Positions 7,956-16,600 of a stretch of 24,000 bases of DNA are shown here, piece after piece (position 1 is the stretch's first letter; each line of letters begins with the position of its first letter). The translations under genes and the position numbers were made by a program. The notes under the pieces were generated by a model. It was given only the letters and a program-made list of their open reading frames with translations. It was not told the origin of the DNA and made no database searches. Source of the stretch: Pyrinomonadaceae bacterium (GTDB taxonomy: Bacteria > Acidobacteriota > Blastocatellia > Pyrinomonadales > Pyrinomonadaceae); assembly GCA_036388895.1 (NCBI GenBank), contig DASVQY010000054.1:77050-101049 (forward strand), read 5' to 3'.

Positions 7956-8031
7956 AAATTTTGCGACTTGATATTTGTTAGAGTAAGCAAAAACATTAAG
8001 AAAGACACAAAAACGCACTTTCCGAAAATAA

Positions 8032-8059
8032 AAAAGACCTGCAAAACGACAGGTCTTTT
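8032..8059. terminator. bidirectional rho-independent terminator between convergent crp and FG-GAP genes
   Basis: AAAAGACCTG-caaaacga-CAGGTCTTTT forms a perfect 10-bp stem. The arms themselves contain the A-run and T-run, so the structure reads as a terminator on both strands. Confidence 0.8.
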
Positions 8060-8141
8060 AATAAGTAATTTCTTTAATCTCAGGTTCAAAAAATTCTCAT
8101 TTACGAATCTTTCAAAGCGTCTTCTGTTTACTTAATCGAAA

Positions 8142-9077
8142 TTATCGAACGTAAGCCGACGGCACAGGCTTGTCTGTGCTGACTCCGAATTGAACTGCTC
8201 GATGCTGACCGCCCGCCGAGCTAGCCGCATACCACCACGTTCCTGTTGACGGGCGATAGACAGCAAAATCCATTCTGTTATCGCCGTCGTAATCACCAGG
8301 CGCGGGAACGTCGCCGGCAGCGCCGAACTGCAGCGTTTGAACGCTGCTGTCTTCGCTTCTGATTACCGCCCACATTCTCGCTGACGGGCTGTAAATCGCC
8401 GGGTCAACTTTTCCGTCTCCCGTATAATCGCCCGGCACAGCCACATCGCCGTTCGCAACGGAAGCAGCAACAGATGATTTCATTTCTGAATCTCTTGATG
8501 CGACGTTTAATGTGCGGTAAGTATTATTCGATGAATTAAATGTTGCGAGATTGGCGCGTCCGTCGCCGTCGTAATCAGCCGGAACGGGAACTTCGCCGTT
8601 TCCTCCGAAAACTATCTGATCAATTCCGCCGGTTGATTTCAAGATGTACCACTTCGTTTCAGAAGGACGGTAAACGGCTGCATCGGCACGACCATCGCCG
8701 TCGTAATCAGCCGGAACGGGAATGTCGCTGGCTAAACCGAACGGGAAAGCGTAATAACTGAAATCCTCGCTTCGCAAAATGTACCAGGTTCCGTTTCTGT
8801 AAAACGCAATATCTATTTTCCCGTCGTTCGTATAGCTGGCTGGCACGATTACATCCGTCGCCGTTCCGAATTGAAAAGCGCGGTGGTTTCCGTCGCTGCT
8901 CCGGTAATACCACCATTCGCCGCTTGAAGGACGAAAGATGGAAAAATCTGTTTTGCCGTCGCCGTCGAAATCAAAAGTCGCCGCGCGCGTTATGTTAATT
9001 CCGTTAACAAATATAATTAAACCGATAGAAATGCTGATACTTATTCGTAACCAAGCTGAAATCGAATTATTTTTCAT
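8142..9077 (-). CDS. secreted FG-GAP / VCBS-repeat (integrin-alpha-like beta-propeller) protein, paralog 1
   Basis: GGAGGA RBS and a signal peptide. Six repeats of D-[YF]-[DT]-G-D-G-[KR]-x-D...Y-R...W-[YW]...F-G...D-x-P-V-P (Ca-binding DxDxDG-like loops). Confidence 0.85.
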   Translation of the reverse strand: MKNNSISAWLRISISISIGLIIFVNGINITRAATFDFDGDGKTDFSIFRPSSGEWWYYRSSDGNHRAFQFGTATDVIVPASYTNDGKIDIAFYRNGTWYILRSEDFSYYAFPFGLASDIPVPADYDGDGRADAAVYRPSETKWYILKSTGGIDQIVFGGNGEVPVPADYDGDGRANLATFNSSNNTYRTLNVASRDSEMKSSVAASVANGDVAVPGDYTGDGKVDPAIYSPSARMWAVIRSEDSSVQTLQFGAAGDVPAPGDYDGDNRMDFAVYRPSTGTWWYAASSAGGQHRAVQFGVSTDKPVPSAYVR

Positions 9078-9239
9078 TGTCCTTCCTCCGAGTGGGTTTA
9101 GTGTTTTGTTTCTCCACCTTCGATGAATGAGACGTAGAAGATATTCGGTTTTGCCTTTAAATTGTGTTTAAAGCAAATTGATTTAATAAGAACGTGAAAA
9201 TGTTTGAAAATTAAATGATGTTTGGCGAAATTTTACTTG

Positions 9240-9270
9240 AAAAAATATCGTTCGACCGTAGCCGACGATA
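9240..9270 (-). terminator. weak hairpin plus T-run downstream of FG-GAP paralog 2
   Basis: The minus strand reads TATCGTcggctacggtcgaACGATA followed by TTTTTT. The stem is only 6 bp and AT-rich. Confidence 0.3.
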
Positions 9271-9315
9271 ACAGCCTCTAAAACGGAGCATTGCTTTTAT
9301 TATTAAAACCATTTT

Positions 9316-10215
9316 TTAAGGCACGAGAAAAATGTAAGCATTGGGAACAGGTTTATCCGTGCTTAAGCCAAACTGTACGGCTTTGTGTTGTCCATTCGCC
9401 GAACTTGCCGCATACCACCACGTTTTTGTTGATGGACGATAAACAGCGAGATCGGATTTACCGTCGCCATCATAATCTGCGGTAACGGGAATGTCCCCGA
9501 GCATTCCGAAATTCGATTTACTCAAAGTATTGTTTTCGCTGTTCACAATGTACCATTCGCCGCTGGTCTTATACTTTGCGACATCAACTTTTCCGTCACC
9601 GGTATAATCTGCCGGAACAGGTTGATCGCCTAATGTTCCAAAGATTGAAACGGCAATCTCGACACTGCCCATCTTTATGCGCCACAGGTTGGTGCCGGGT
9701 TCATAGATTGCCAAGTCGGCTCGCCCGTCTCCGTTGTAATCTGCCGGAAATGGCGAGCTGCTGGTATTGCCAAACTGCTCTATTCTTACGCCGCCTGTGG
9801 TGTTTAAGATATACCAGGTGTTATTTGAATAACGATACACTGCCGCGTCAGTTTTTCCGTCTCCGTCGTAGTCCATCGGTACGGGTATATCTTCAGCTAA
9901 ACCGAACGGAAAGGCGTAATAGCTGAAATCCTCGCTTCTAAGAATGTACCAAACGCCTTGATTGGGGCGAAAGAAAGCAAAGTCCGTTTTTCCGTCGCCC
10001 GTGTAATCGGCGGGCACGATTTTATCCGTTGCCGACCCGAATTGAAATGTTCCGATACTTCCGTCAATGCTTCTTAAATACCACCACTGTCCCGACCCCG
10101 AACGATAAATTGAAAAGTCGGATTTACCGTCGCCATCAAAATCAAATGAAGTTCGGGCTAAGCAAGTATCAGCAAAAGCGATTAAGAAAATGAGCAATGG
10201 CAGAAGCTTTTTCAT
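9316..10215 (-). CDS. secreted FG-GAP / VCBS-repeat beta-propeller protein, paralog 2
   Basis: Signal peptide MKKLLPLLIFLIAFADTCLA and the same repeat architecture as 8142-9077. The block WYILRSEDFSYYAFPFGLA.DIPVP.DYDGDG is shared almost verbatim. Confidence 0.85.
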   Translation of the reverse strand: MKKLLPLLIFLIAFADTCLARTSFDFDGDGKSDFSIYRSGSGQWWYLRSIDGSIGTFQFGSATDKIVPADYTGDGKTDFAFFRPNQGVWYILRSEDFSYYAFPFGLAEDIPVPMDYDGDGKTDAAVYRYSNNTWYILNTTGGVRIEQFGNTSSSPFPADYNGDGRADLAIYEPGTNLWRIKMGSVEIAVSIFGTLGDQPVPADYTGDGKVDVAKYKTSGEWYIVNSENNTLSKSNFGMLGDIPVTADYDGDGKSDLAVYRPSTKTWWYAASSANGQHKAVQFGLSTDKPVPNAYIFLVP

Positions 10216-10612
10216 AACATTAATTTATGTGTTTTCGCGAAAACGAATCGGGCTATTTATTAATGCCCGAAACAGCGGAAAACTTACAATTATTTTCTCG
10301 CAATTAATTACACAAAACATTGTTATTTTGATTATTACTCGAAACAGCCACAAATTAAGTAAATTGATTAAATTAACCCGAGTGAAAGTACCTGCTATTA
10401 TCTGCGGACTCAGTTTTATGTCAAGAAACATTTCCTTTTGTCCGGCGAATCATCATGTGCCGGTTTTTACAAGCCGTTTTCGTAATCTTAGCCGTTGAAA
10501 AACCTATGTGCCTTGTTTCAGTATTCTTAAATTTAAAAAATCTGGCAAATTCGCCCGCTTTCGGCGAATCTTCGAGCCTGAAGCGCCGAAGCGGTTCAAC
10601 CAGGATGTTTTC

Positions 10613-10654
10613 AAAAAAAATAAAAGCCTGGGGTTTAGTTAAAACCAAAGGCTT
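10613..10654 (-). terminator. second hairpin plus long T-run (minus strand) downstream of tRNA-Pro
   Basis: The minus strand reads AAGCCTTTGGTTTtaacTAAACCCCAGGCTT followed by TTATTTTTTTT. The stem is imperfect. Confidence 0.5.
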
Positions 10655-10696
10655 CGCTGTTGGTAACTGAGTAGTATTAGCTGGGAAATTAGGGGC

Positions 10697-10730
10697 GGAA
10701 AAAGAAAAGAGGCATCGAAATGATGCCTCT
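10697..10730 (-). terminator. rho-independent terminator of tRNA-Pro
   Basis: The minus strand reads AGAGGCATC-atttc-GATGCCTCT followed by TTTCTTTTT. Confidence 0.75.
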
Positions 10731-10747
10731 AAACTACTGTAAATAAA

Positions 10748-10824
10748 TGGTCGGGGCGAGATGATTTGAACATCCGACCTCACGGTCCCGAACCGTGCGC
10801 TCTACCAGGCTGAGCCACGCCCCG
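10748..10824 (-). tRNA. tRNA-Pro (anticodon CGG), CCA encoded
   Basis: The reverse complement folds as a cloverleaf: CGGGGCG-TG-GCTC-AGCCTGGTA-GAGC-G-CACGG-TTCGGGA-CCGTG-AGGTC-GGATG-TTCAAAT-CATCT-CGCCCCG-ACCA. The anticodon loop is ttCGGga. Confidence 0.92.
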
Positions 10825-10873
10825 TCAAAACAATTTATAATCTTAGATTAATGCCGGTTATAAAGTCAAACCG

Positions 10874-11596
10874 TTATTGAACATCGGGCTCGGGAGCGAC
10901 CATTGCCAGTTTTTTTTCGCGGCGCGCTTTTATGTATTCGAAGATAATCGGCAGAATTGAAAGTAAAACGACGACTACGACGACTTTGTCAATGTGGTCT
11001 TCGAGCAGAAAGTTTTCGACGCCGAATACGCTGCGCATAAATTGTTCGACCAATCCGCCGAGAAAATAGCCCGCCGAGAGCATACTGACGACCCAGAAAA
11101 GCCCGCCGAAAACGTTGTAAAACAAAAATTGCTGGTACGACATCTTTGCCGCGCCCGCGACAATCGGCGCAAATGTTCTGACGATTGGAACGAAACGCGC
11201 TATAACGATTGTTTTGCCGCCGTGTTTTTCGTAAAAGGCGTGCGCTTTCTGAATATGTTTCGGGTTGAAAATACGCGATTTCGGGCGTGTGAAAAGCGTT
11301 TCGCCCATTTTTTTGCCTGTCAGATAACCGACAGCGTCACCGGTTATGGCGGCAACGAAAAGCGTGACCATTAATATCGTCAAATCCATTTTGCCCGCTG
11401 CGGCGAAAAGTCCGGCGACGACCAGGAGGGAATCGCCGGGCAGGAAAAAACCGACTGCCAGTCCGGTTTCGGCGAAAACAATTAAAAACAGCGCGACGTA
11501 GACGTAACCGCCGAATGTGTCAAGCAAACTGTCAATCATTATTTTCGGATTGAGAAAGTCCTTGACCTGATGTAGAAAATCCATTATTGACTGCAT
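10874..11596 (-). CDS. dedA: DedA-family (VTT/SNARE-associated domain) inner-membrane protein
   Basis: FAETGL..GFFLPGDSLL...G...GY..G and ARF.P..R.F....AG motifs, with multiple TM segments. Confidence 0.85.
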   Translation of the reverse strand: MQSIMDFLHQVKDFLNPKIMIDSLLDTFGGYVYVALFLIVFAETGLAVGFFLPGDSLLVVAGLFAAAGKMDLTILMVTLFVAAITGDAVGYLTGKKMGETLFTRPKSRIFNPKHIQKAHAFYEKHGGKTIVIARFVPIVRTFAPIVAGAAKMSYQQFLFYNVFGGLFWVVSMLSAGYFLGGLVEQFMRSVFGVENFLLEDHIDKVVVVVVLLSILPIIFEYIKARREKKLAMVAPEPDVQ

Positions 11597-11661
11597 AATT
11601 TTTTGATGAAAGGAAGATGGGCGGGCGGGAATGCCGCTTCATAAATGTACTTTAATCTTTT

Positions 11662-12315
11662 TCAGTTATTTTGCCAACCGTGTTCGCCGATTAAAGGCAC
11701 AAAAGCGCAAGCGCCGAAATCTTCACGGTGAAAACCTTTTTCAGTTCGCGTGACGCGAATCAAATTCTGCGTTTTCGGATCGTTTCCGATTGGAATCACG
11801 AGTCGCCCGCCGATTTTTAACTGTTTAAGAAGCGGTTCGGGAACTATCGGACCGCCTGCAGCGACGAGAATTCCGTGGAAAGGCGCATAAAGCTCCCAGC
11901 CGTTTGTGCCGTCGGCGCAGCGCAGAGTTACATTATTAAATCCGAGTCTTCGCAGACGTTCCTGCGCTTCCTGCACAAGAAGCGGGATGCGCTCAATCGC
12001 GTAAATTCTTCCGGCAAGCGATGCCAGAATCGCGGTTTGATAACCGGAACCTGCGCCGATTTCCAAAACGCGGCTTTTTTCGCTCACTTCGAGCAATTCG
12101 GTCATTCGCGCCACGATAAACGGCTGCGAAATAGTCTGATTGGCGGCAATCGGCAGCGCGTTGTCTTTGTAGGCTTGCGCTTTTAACGCTTCGGGCACAA
12201 AAAGATGGCGCGGAAGTCGCAGCATCACTTCCAGAACTTTTTCGTCTCGAATTTTATAATGCTCGCGCAAACGCTGAACCATTCGCTCGCGGGGAATCTG
12301 ATACTCGTCCATCAT
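11662..12315 (-). CDS. pcm: protein-L-isoaspartate O-methyltransferase
   Basis: TISQPFIVARMTELL and the SAM-binding motif VLEIGAGSGYQTA. It lies directly downstream of surE, the classic surE-pcm arrangement. Confidence 0.9.
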   Translation of the reverse strand: MMDEYQIPRERMVQRLREHYKIRDEKVLEVMLRLPRHLFVPEALKAQAYKDNALPIAANQTISQPFIVARMTELLEVSEKSRVLEIGAGSGYQTAILASLAGRIYAIERIPLLVQEAQERLRRLGFNNVTLRCADGTNGWELYAPFHGILVAAGGPIVPEPLLKQLKIGGRLVIPIGNDPKTQNLIRVTRTEKGFHREDFGACAFVPLIGEHGWQNN

Positions 12316-12318
12316 TTT

Positions 12319-12390
12319 GAGTTCATAGAGTTCACAGAGTTTATAGAGTTCATAGAGTTCCTTGGGTTCATAGGGTTCGTTGAGTTAGAT
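12319..12390. repeat. 8 tandem copies of a 9-bp unit (consensus GAGTTCATA) in the surE-pcm spacer
   Basis: Units read directly: gagttcata gagttcaca gagtttata gagttcata gagttcctt gggttcata gggttcgtt gagttagat. In addition, 12349-12371 is a 22/23 inverted match to 12409-12431. Confidence 0.9.
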
Positions 12391-12431
12391 GAAAAATTCT
12401 TTTTCTCAATGAACCCAACGAACTCTATGAA

Positions 12432-13184
12432 CTAACTTTCCCAAGTTTGCAGAATTTCAATTGCAATGTGATTCGTTAAATCGCTTCGCATCGGCGTTAC
12501 CGAAACGTAGCCTTCGTCAATGGCTTCAAAATCCGTTCCGCCTTCCGGGTGAAAACCGCTTCGTTCTTCGCCGATCCAGTAATACGGCTTGCCGCGCGGG
12601 TCAATATGTTCGGAAATGATCGGGCGGGCGTTCTTAAAGCCCTGTTTGGTAATTCGTATGCCTTTCGGAATGCCTTTCGGAACATTTATGTTGAGCAGAG
12701 TGTTCTCCGGCAAGCCTTCGTTCAAAGCTCTCAAAGTTAATTCTTTCGCAACTTTTGCTGATTCGGAAAAGTCGTAATTGCGATTGGCGACCAGACTGAA
12801 TGCCAAACCCGGAACGCCCAGAATGGTTGATTCCATCGCGCCAGCGACCGTGCCGGAATACGTCGCGTCATCGCCCAAATTCGCGCCGTGATTTATTCCT
12901 GATACGCAGATAACCGGACGTTCTTCCGCACTGAAAATTCTATTCAGCGCGAGCGTTACGCAATCGGTCGGTGTTCCGTCAACCGTCCAGTGCCGCCCGT
13001 CAATTTGCCGGATCCGCAAAGGGCGCGACAAAGTTAAACTATGCGAGGCGCCGCTCATCTCGGAAGCGGGAGCGACGACGTAAACATCGCCGATTTCGCT
13101 CAAAGCATTTTCCAGCGCGATAATGCCTTCCGAATGATAACCATCGTCGTTGGTTAATAAAATACGAATGTTTTCCGCGTTCAT
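12432..13184 (-). CDS. surE: 5'/3'-nucleotidase SurE
   Basis: The internal Met gives MNAENIRILLTNDDGYHSEGI..., the SurE N-terminal DDG motif, plus GINHGANLG. The track start at 13250 adds an implausible Cys/Phe-rich extension that overlaps a terminator hairpin. Confidence 0.9.
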   Translation of the reverse strand: MNAENIRILLTNDDGYHSEGIIALENALSEIGDVYVVAPASEMSGASHSLTLSRPLRIRQIDGRHWTVDGTPTDCVTLALNRIFSAEERPVICVSGINHGANLGDDATYSGTVAGAMESTILGVPGLAFSLVANRNYDFSESAKVAKELTLRALNEGLPENTLLNINVPKGIPKGIRITKQGFKNARPIISEHIDPRGKPYYWIGEERSGFHPEGGTDFEAIDEGYVSVTPMRSDLTNHIAIEILQTWES

Positions 13185-13201
13185 TATAAAGAAAAATCTA
13201 T

Positions 13202-13266
13202 AAACAAAAAATGATGCGTGAAAAGCAAATGTACATTTATCTGCACACATTCGCTTTACGCATCAT
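13202..13266 (-). terminator. long hairpin plus T-run after rpsU (terminator or attenuator ahead of surE)
   Basis: The minus strand reads ATGATGCGTAAAGCGAATGT...ACATTTGCTTTTCACGCATCAT followed by TTTTTTGTTT. It ends only ~18 nt before the surE start. Confidence 0.6.
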
Positions 13267-13286
13267 AAAACTTTTCTAACCGCTAA

Positions 13287-13538
13287 CTAACGGTTGTTTT
13301 GATTGTTCGGTCTTTGCTGATTTCCCGCATTATTGTTGCCGGTCGGACGCACTTGACGGAAACGTCGGCGATTTCGCTTACGGGCATTTGCCGATTTGAG
13401 TTTCGCTTTCTGACCGGGCGGAATAAAATGCGCGTGTTTTTTCAAATCTTTGATAATTTCTTCGCTGATTACTTTTCGTTTGAATCGGCGCAGAGCGCTT
13501 TCAATTGATTCGTTAGCATTTACATTGATAGAAGCCAT
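13287..13538 (-). CDS. rpsU: 30S ribosomal protein S21
   Basis: MASINVNANESIESALRRFKRKV...ARKR with a basic tail. AAGGGGGTGA RBS upstream of ATG 13538; the track start at 13589 is too early. Confidence 0.9.
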   Translation of the reverse strand: MASINVNANESIESALRRFKRKVISEEIIKDLKKHAHFIPPGQKAKLKSANARKRNRRRFRQVRPTGNNNAGNQQRPNNQNNR

Positions 13539-13634
13539 TCTTGTTTTCACCCCCTTTTGGGCACAAATTCTTGCTTTGAGAGCAAACAAATATTAAACAC
13601 TTTTTTGCGGTCAAAGGCAAATGCGAATACGGTT

Positions 13635-16600
13635 TTACCGGGCGGCGAGCGGCAGCGCGAGCAGATGTCCGAGATAAACGAAGTAAATTTTTGCTTCCTT
13701 CTCGTCTACCCAGATGTCCATACCGCTTAAATTTATATCGGGGATTTTAATGAGCGGCTGAAAACGGAAAGTTTTTTCGTCGTATCGCCCGATGTTCGTT
13801 TCGTTTGTTTTTTTCTCGTAAATGGCTGCCCAAAATTCACCCGGATTTTCGGTCGGCTGCAAACGGCGAACGGATTGCTGCCACAGCGGGCGAAATTCTC
13901 CTTTGATCAATTGCACAGCTTCGGTGTTTGCGTCGAATAAATAATACTCCGGCGTTTTCGGACTCGGATTGGGTTTGATCTTGCCGCGCCGCCGCAAAGC
14001 CCAGCTTTCTTCGGGACTTATCTCTTGGGCAGCCTCGATAGGCGCCCCGCTCGTTCGCAGGAAATGACCTTTAGCCCGATAAAGCAGAACCTTATTGTGC
14101 GAGCCGATGAACGCAATCGGGTAGAAGGCGTCCGACGGCAAGACATTGATTTTGTATTCTCTGCCGGTTTGCAGATTTATTCTGACAACCGTTTTCGGCT
14201 CGCTCCAATCCGTTTCGGCTTTCGTCGCCACTGCCCATTTACCGTCGGCGGTGATAATCGGGTTAGCGTAAAGTCCTTCTTTGAATTTAACCGGGTTTGA
14301 AGACCCGTTTATTTTATACAAACCGCCTTCGTAAGGTTCAGCGACGCGGATTTCGACGTTTCCGGCGCGAACCTGCCATTCCGGCGTCGAATAGTTGATG
14401 ACGGATTGAAAATTTTCCGCGTTTCGGTTAAAAAGCGAAAATTCCGACGGCTGCGCAGCCGAGGCGCTGAGCTTGCCGTTTTGCAAATTTCGCCAGGACA
14501 AATGCGCGCCAGCCATTTCTTGGCGTTTTTTCATAAACGCGGCGTATTGAGCTTGTCGCTGGTCGGAGTTTTCTTCATCGATTTCGATATTGTAAAGGCT
14601 TTTTTGCAGCTCCAGCAATTCTTTTTCGATGTCTTTCTGTTTGAGTTTATCTTCGATCAAAAGGCGCAGATCAGCGTCTTTTTTCCAAACCGCGCGGGCT
14701 TCGAGATTCTTATCCGCCAGCAATACTTCCAAACCTTTTACTTTGTCGGAGAAGCGATACTTAAGCGCGAGATTTTCATTTTTGAACGATTCGAAATAGT
14801 CGAATAATTCTTTGACGACGTTTTTTTCGTTGTACGTCGAGCGCAGAAAAACTCTTCGACCACCGCTGCGCCCGAACATCACGAATTCGCTCGATTGGCA
14901 TTCTTCACAGGAAGAATTGTTAAAGGATGGAAGCGCGTCTATTTTGTTTGCCAACAAAAAGTTATAAAAATTCTCGAATTCTTTCGCCGTGAGAATTCTC
15001 TCCCAGTAACGCGCCACATCTTCTTCGTATGTATAAACGATTTTGTCTTTATAGACGCGAATTATCTGCTGACCGCTTGCCGCGTCGGGCAAAGTAGCGT
15101 AAACAGCCGTAAGCTCGGGGACGGCTTTGATTTCAGAGCGCAATTTCTCTTCGTTTTTCTTTAAATTCGAAAAGGAAATTGACCAGTAGCCGATTCCGTT
15201 TACGCTTTCAAAAAGAGCGTCGAGATTTTTTCTTTCGATTGCTTTTTCTTCGGGCACAAACGCCATACGCGCGCCGAGAATCAAAGCCTCGTTCGGGTGT
15301 CTGGCTAAAACGAGCGCGCGAGCCTGCGGGCTGTCTTCGGATTCGAGCCATCTTTCAGCCGCGAGCGCTAAAAGTTTATTTGAATCGTTCGTAAATTCGG
15401 CTACTTCGGCAACCGGCAATTTGGCGCGAAGCAGCCGGGCGCAGCCGAGCATGGCTATGCGAGCTTCCGCGTCAGTTCCGCGCAGAATTCCCGCATACTC
15501 GCTTTCTTCTTCGATCAAACAAGCGCCGATGCCGCGCGTTGTTCCGCTCGAACTGCGCAGCATCGCAAGCTCGTTCGGAACTTTCTCACGGAAATCCTTG
15601 CGTTTGGCTAAAGCGCTTAAAATCGTTTCGATGTCGGCTTCGCCGATTCGTATCTGCCGCAGAATTTCAGCGAAAATCGCCGCGCCTTTCCATTTCTGCA
15701 TTATTTCCGCAAGAGCAGCGGCGACCGGCGGCTTTGTTCGCCGCAAAACTTTTAACCGCTCGACCGCCCGAACGACAAGACCGTCGCTCGGCTCTTCCTG
15801 TTCGCCCACGGTTTTTCCGATACTGATTTGCAGCGGAAGAGTTTTTGTTTCAGCCTTTTCTTCCGGTTCTTCCTCTTCGTGACTGTCACCGTAGTACCCG
15901 TATTGAAAAGCGTTAAGTTCGGCTAAACCTTCGGGCGTCGAAATCATTGTCGCGTAAGCCTCAAGCGCCGCCATCTGCTCATCGTCGGATAAACCTCCGC
16001 TGGCGATTAATGCCTGAACGATTACCCCTCGCGTTTCGGGATTCATTTCTTTTGAAAGAGCGAACTTTAAAGCCGGAACCGCGCGCGAATCTTTGTATCT
16101 GACGAGCGCGCTGATCGCCGCGAAACGGAATTCTTCCTCGTTCATTACAATCGCGATTAAGCTCGGAATGCTTTCCGGCAAGTCAACTTCGGCGAGAGCG
16201 GAAATCAATTGTCCTCTTTCGGAGTTTCGCGACGGTTTCGCCCAATTCGGATCGGAAAGCCACGGAAGCAAAGCCTGTAAAACTTCTTTATTTTTACCGT
16301 CAAATGAATCCATCAAGTTTCGCGCCGCTGCCGAACGAACGGCGAAATTGTCGCTTTTGACGAGTTCGATCATTTTTTCGATCCATTTTTTCGGCGGCGA
16401 CATAGAAATCAAAGTCGTCAAACCCGTGTTGCCGTTATCTTGAATCGTCAATAAAGTTTCGTCGGCGAGCAGGGAAAGATACCATTCGTCGCGCCCTTTC
16501 CAATCGCCGCTCGCCGCCAGCGCGTCCATCGCTAAATCGCGCTGCGCCCAAGCTGCCGTTTTATTCTCGACAATATCTTGCAGCATTCTTCGATATTTTT

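Noticed and set aside
10421-10783. 120-aa minus-strand ORF
   Set aside because: It overlaps the 3' part of tRNA-Pro and both of its terminators, and it has low-complexity, AT-driven composition.
10748-10824. tRNA-Pro as the attachment site of a genomic island (the flanking FG-GAP pair as cargo)
   Set aside because: I found no integrase, no recombinase and no direct repeat of the tRNA 3' end by eye. The neighbouring genes on the other side are housekeeping.
12319-12390. Possible CRISPR array
   Set aside because: The units are 9 bp and directly abutting, with no spacers, and no cas genes are present. It is a microsatellite-like tandem repeat, not a CRISPR.
12205-12435. 76-aa plus-strand ORF translating to EFIEFTEFIEFIEFLGFIGF...
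   Set aside because: It is simply the 9-bp tandem repeat read in frame. It overlaps the pcm 5' end antisense, has no RBS, and the periodic peptide is an artefact of the repeat.
14025-16443. Several plus-strand ORFs (for example 14406..14807, 15421..15882, 16093..16443) inside the HEAT-protein gene
   Set aside because: These are antisense shadows with no RBS and low-complexity sequence. A single uninterrupted 1224-codon minus-strand frame with signal peptide and RBS is far more parsimonious.
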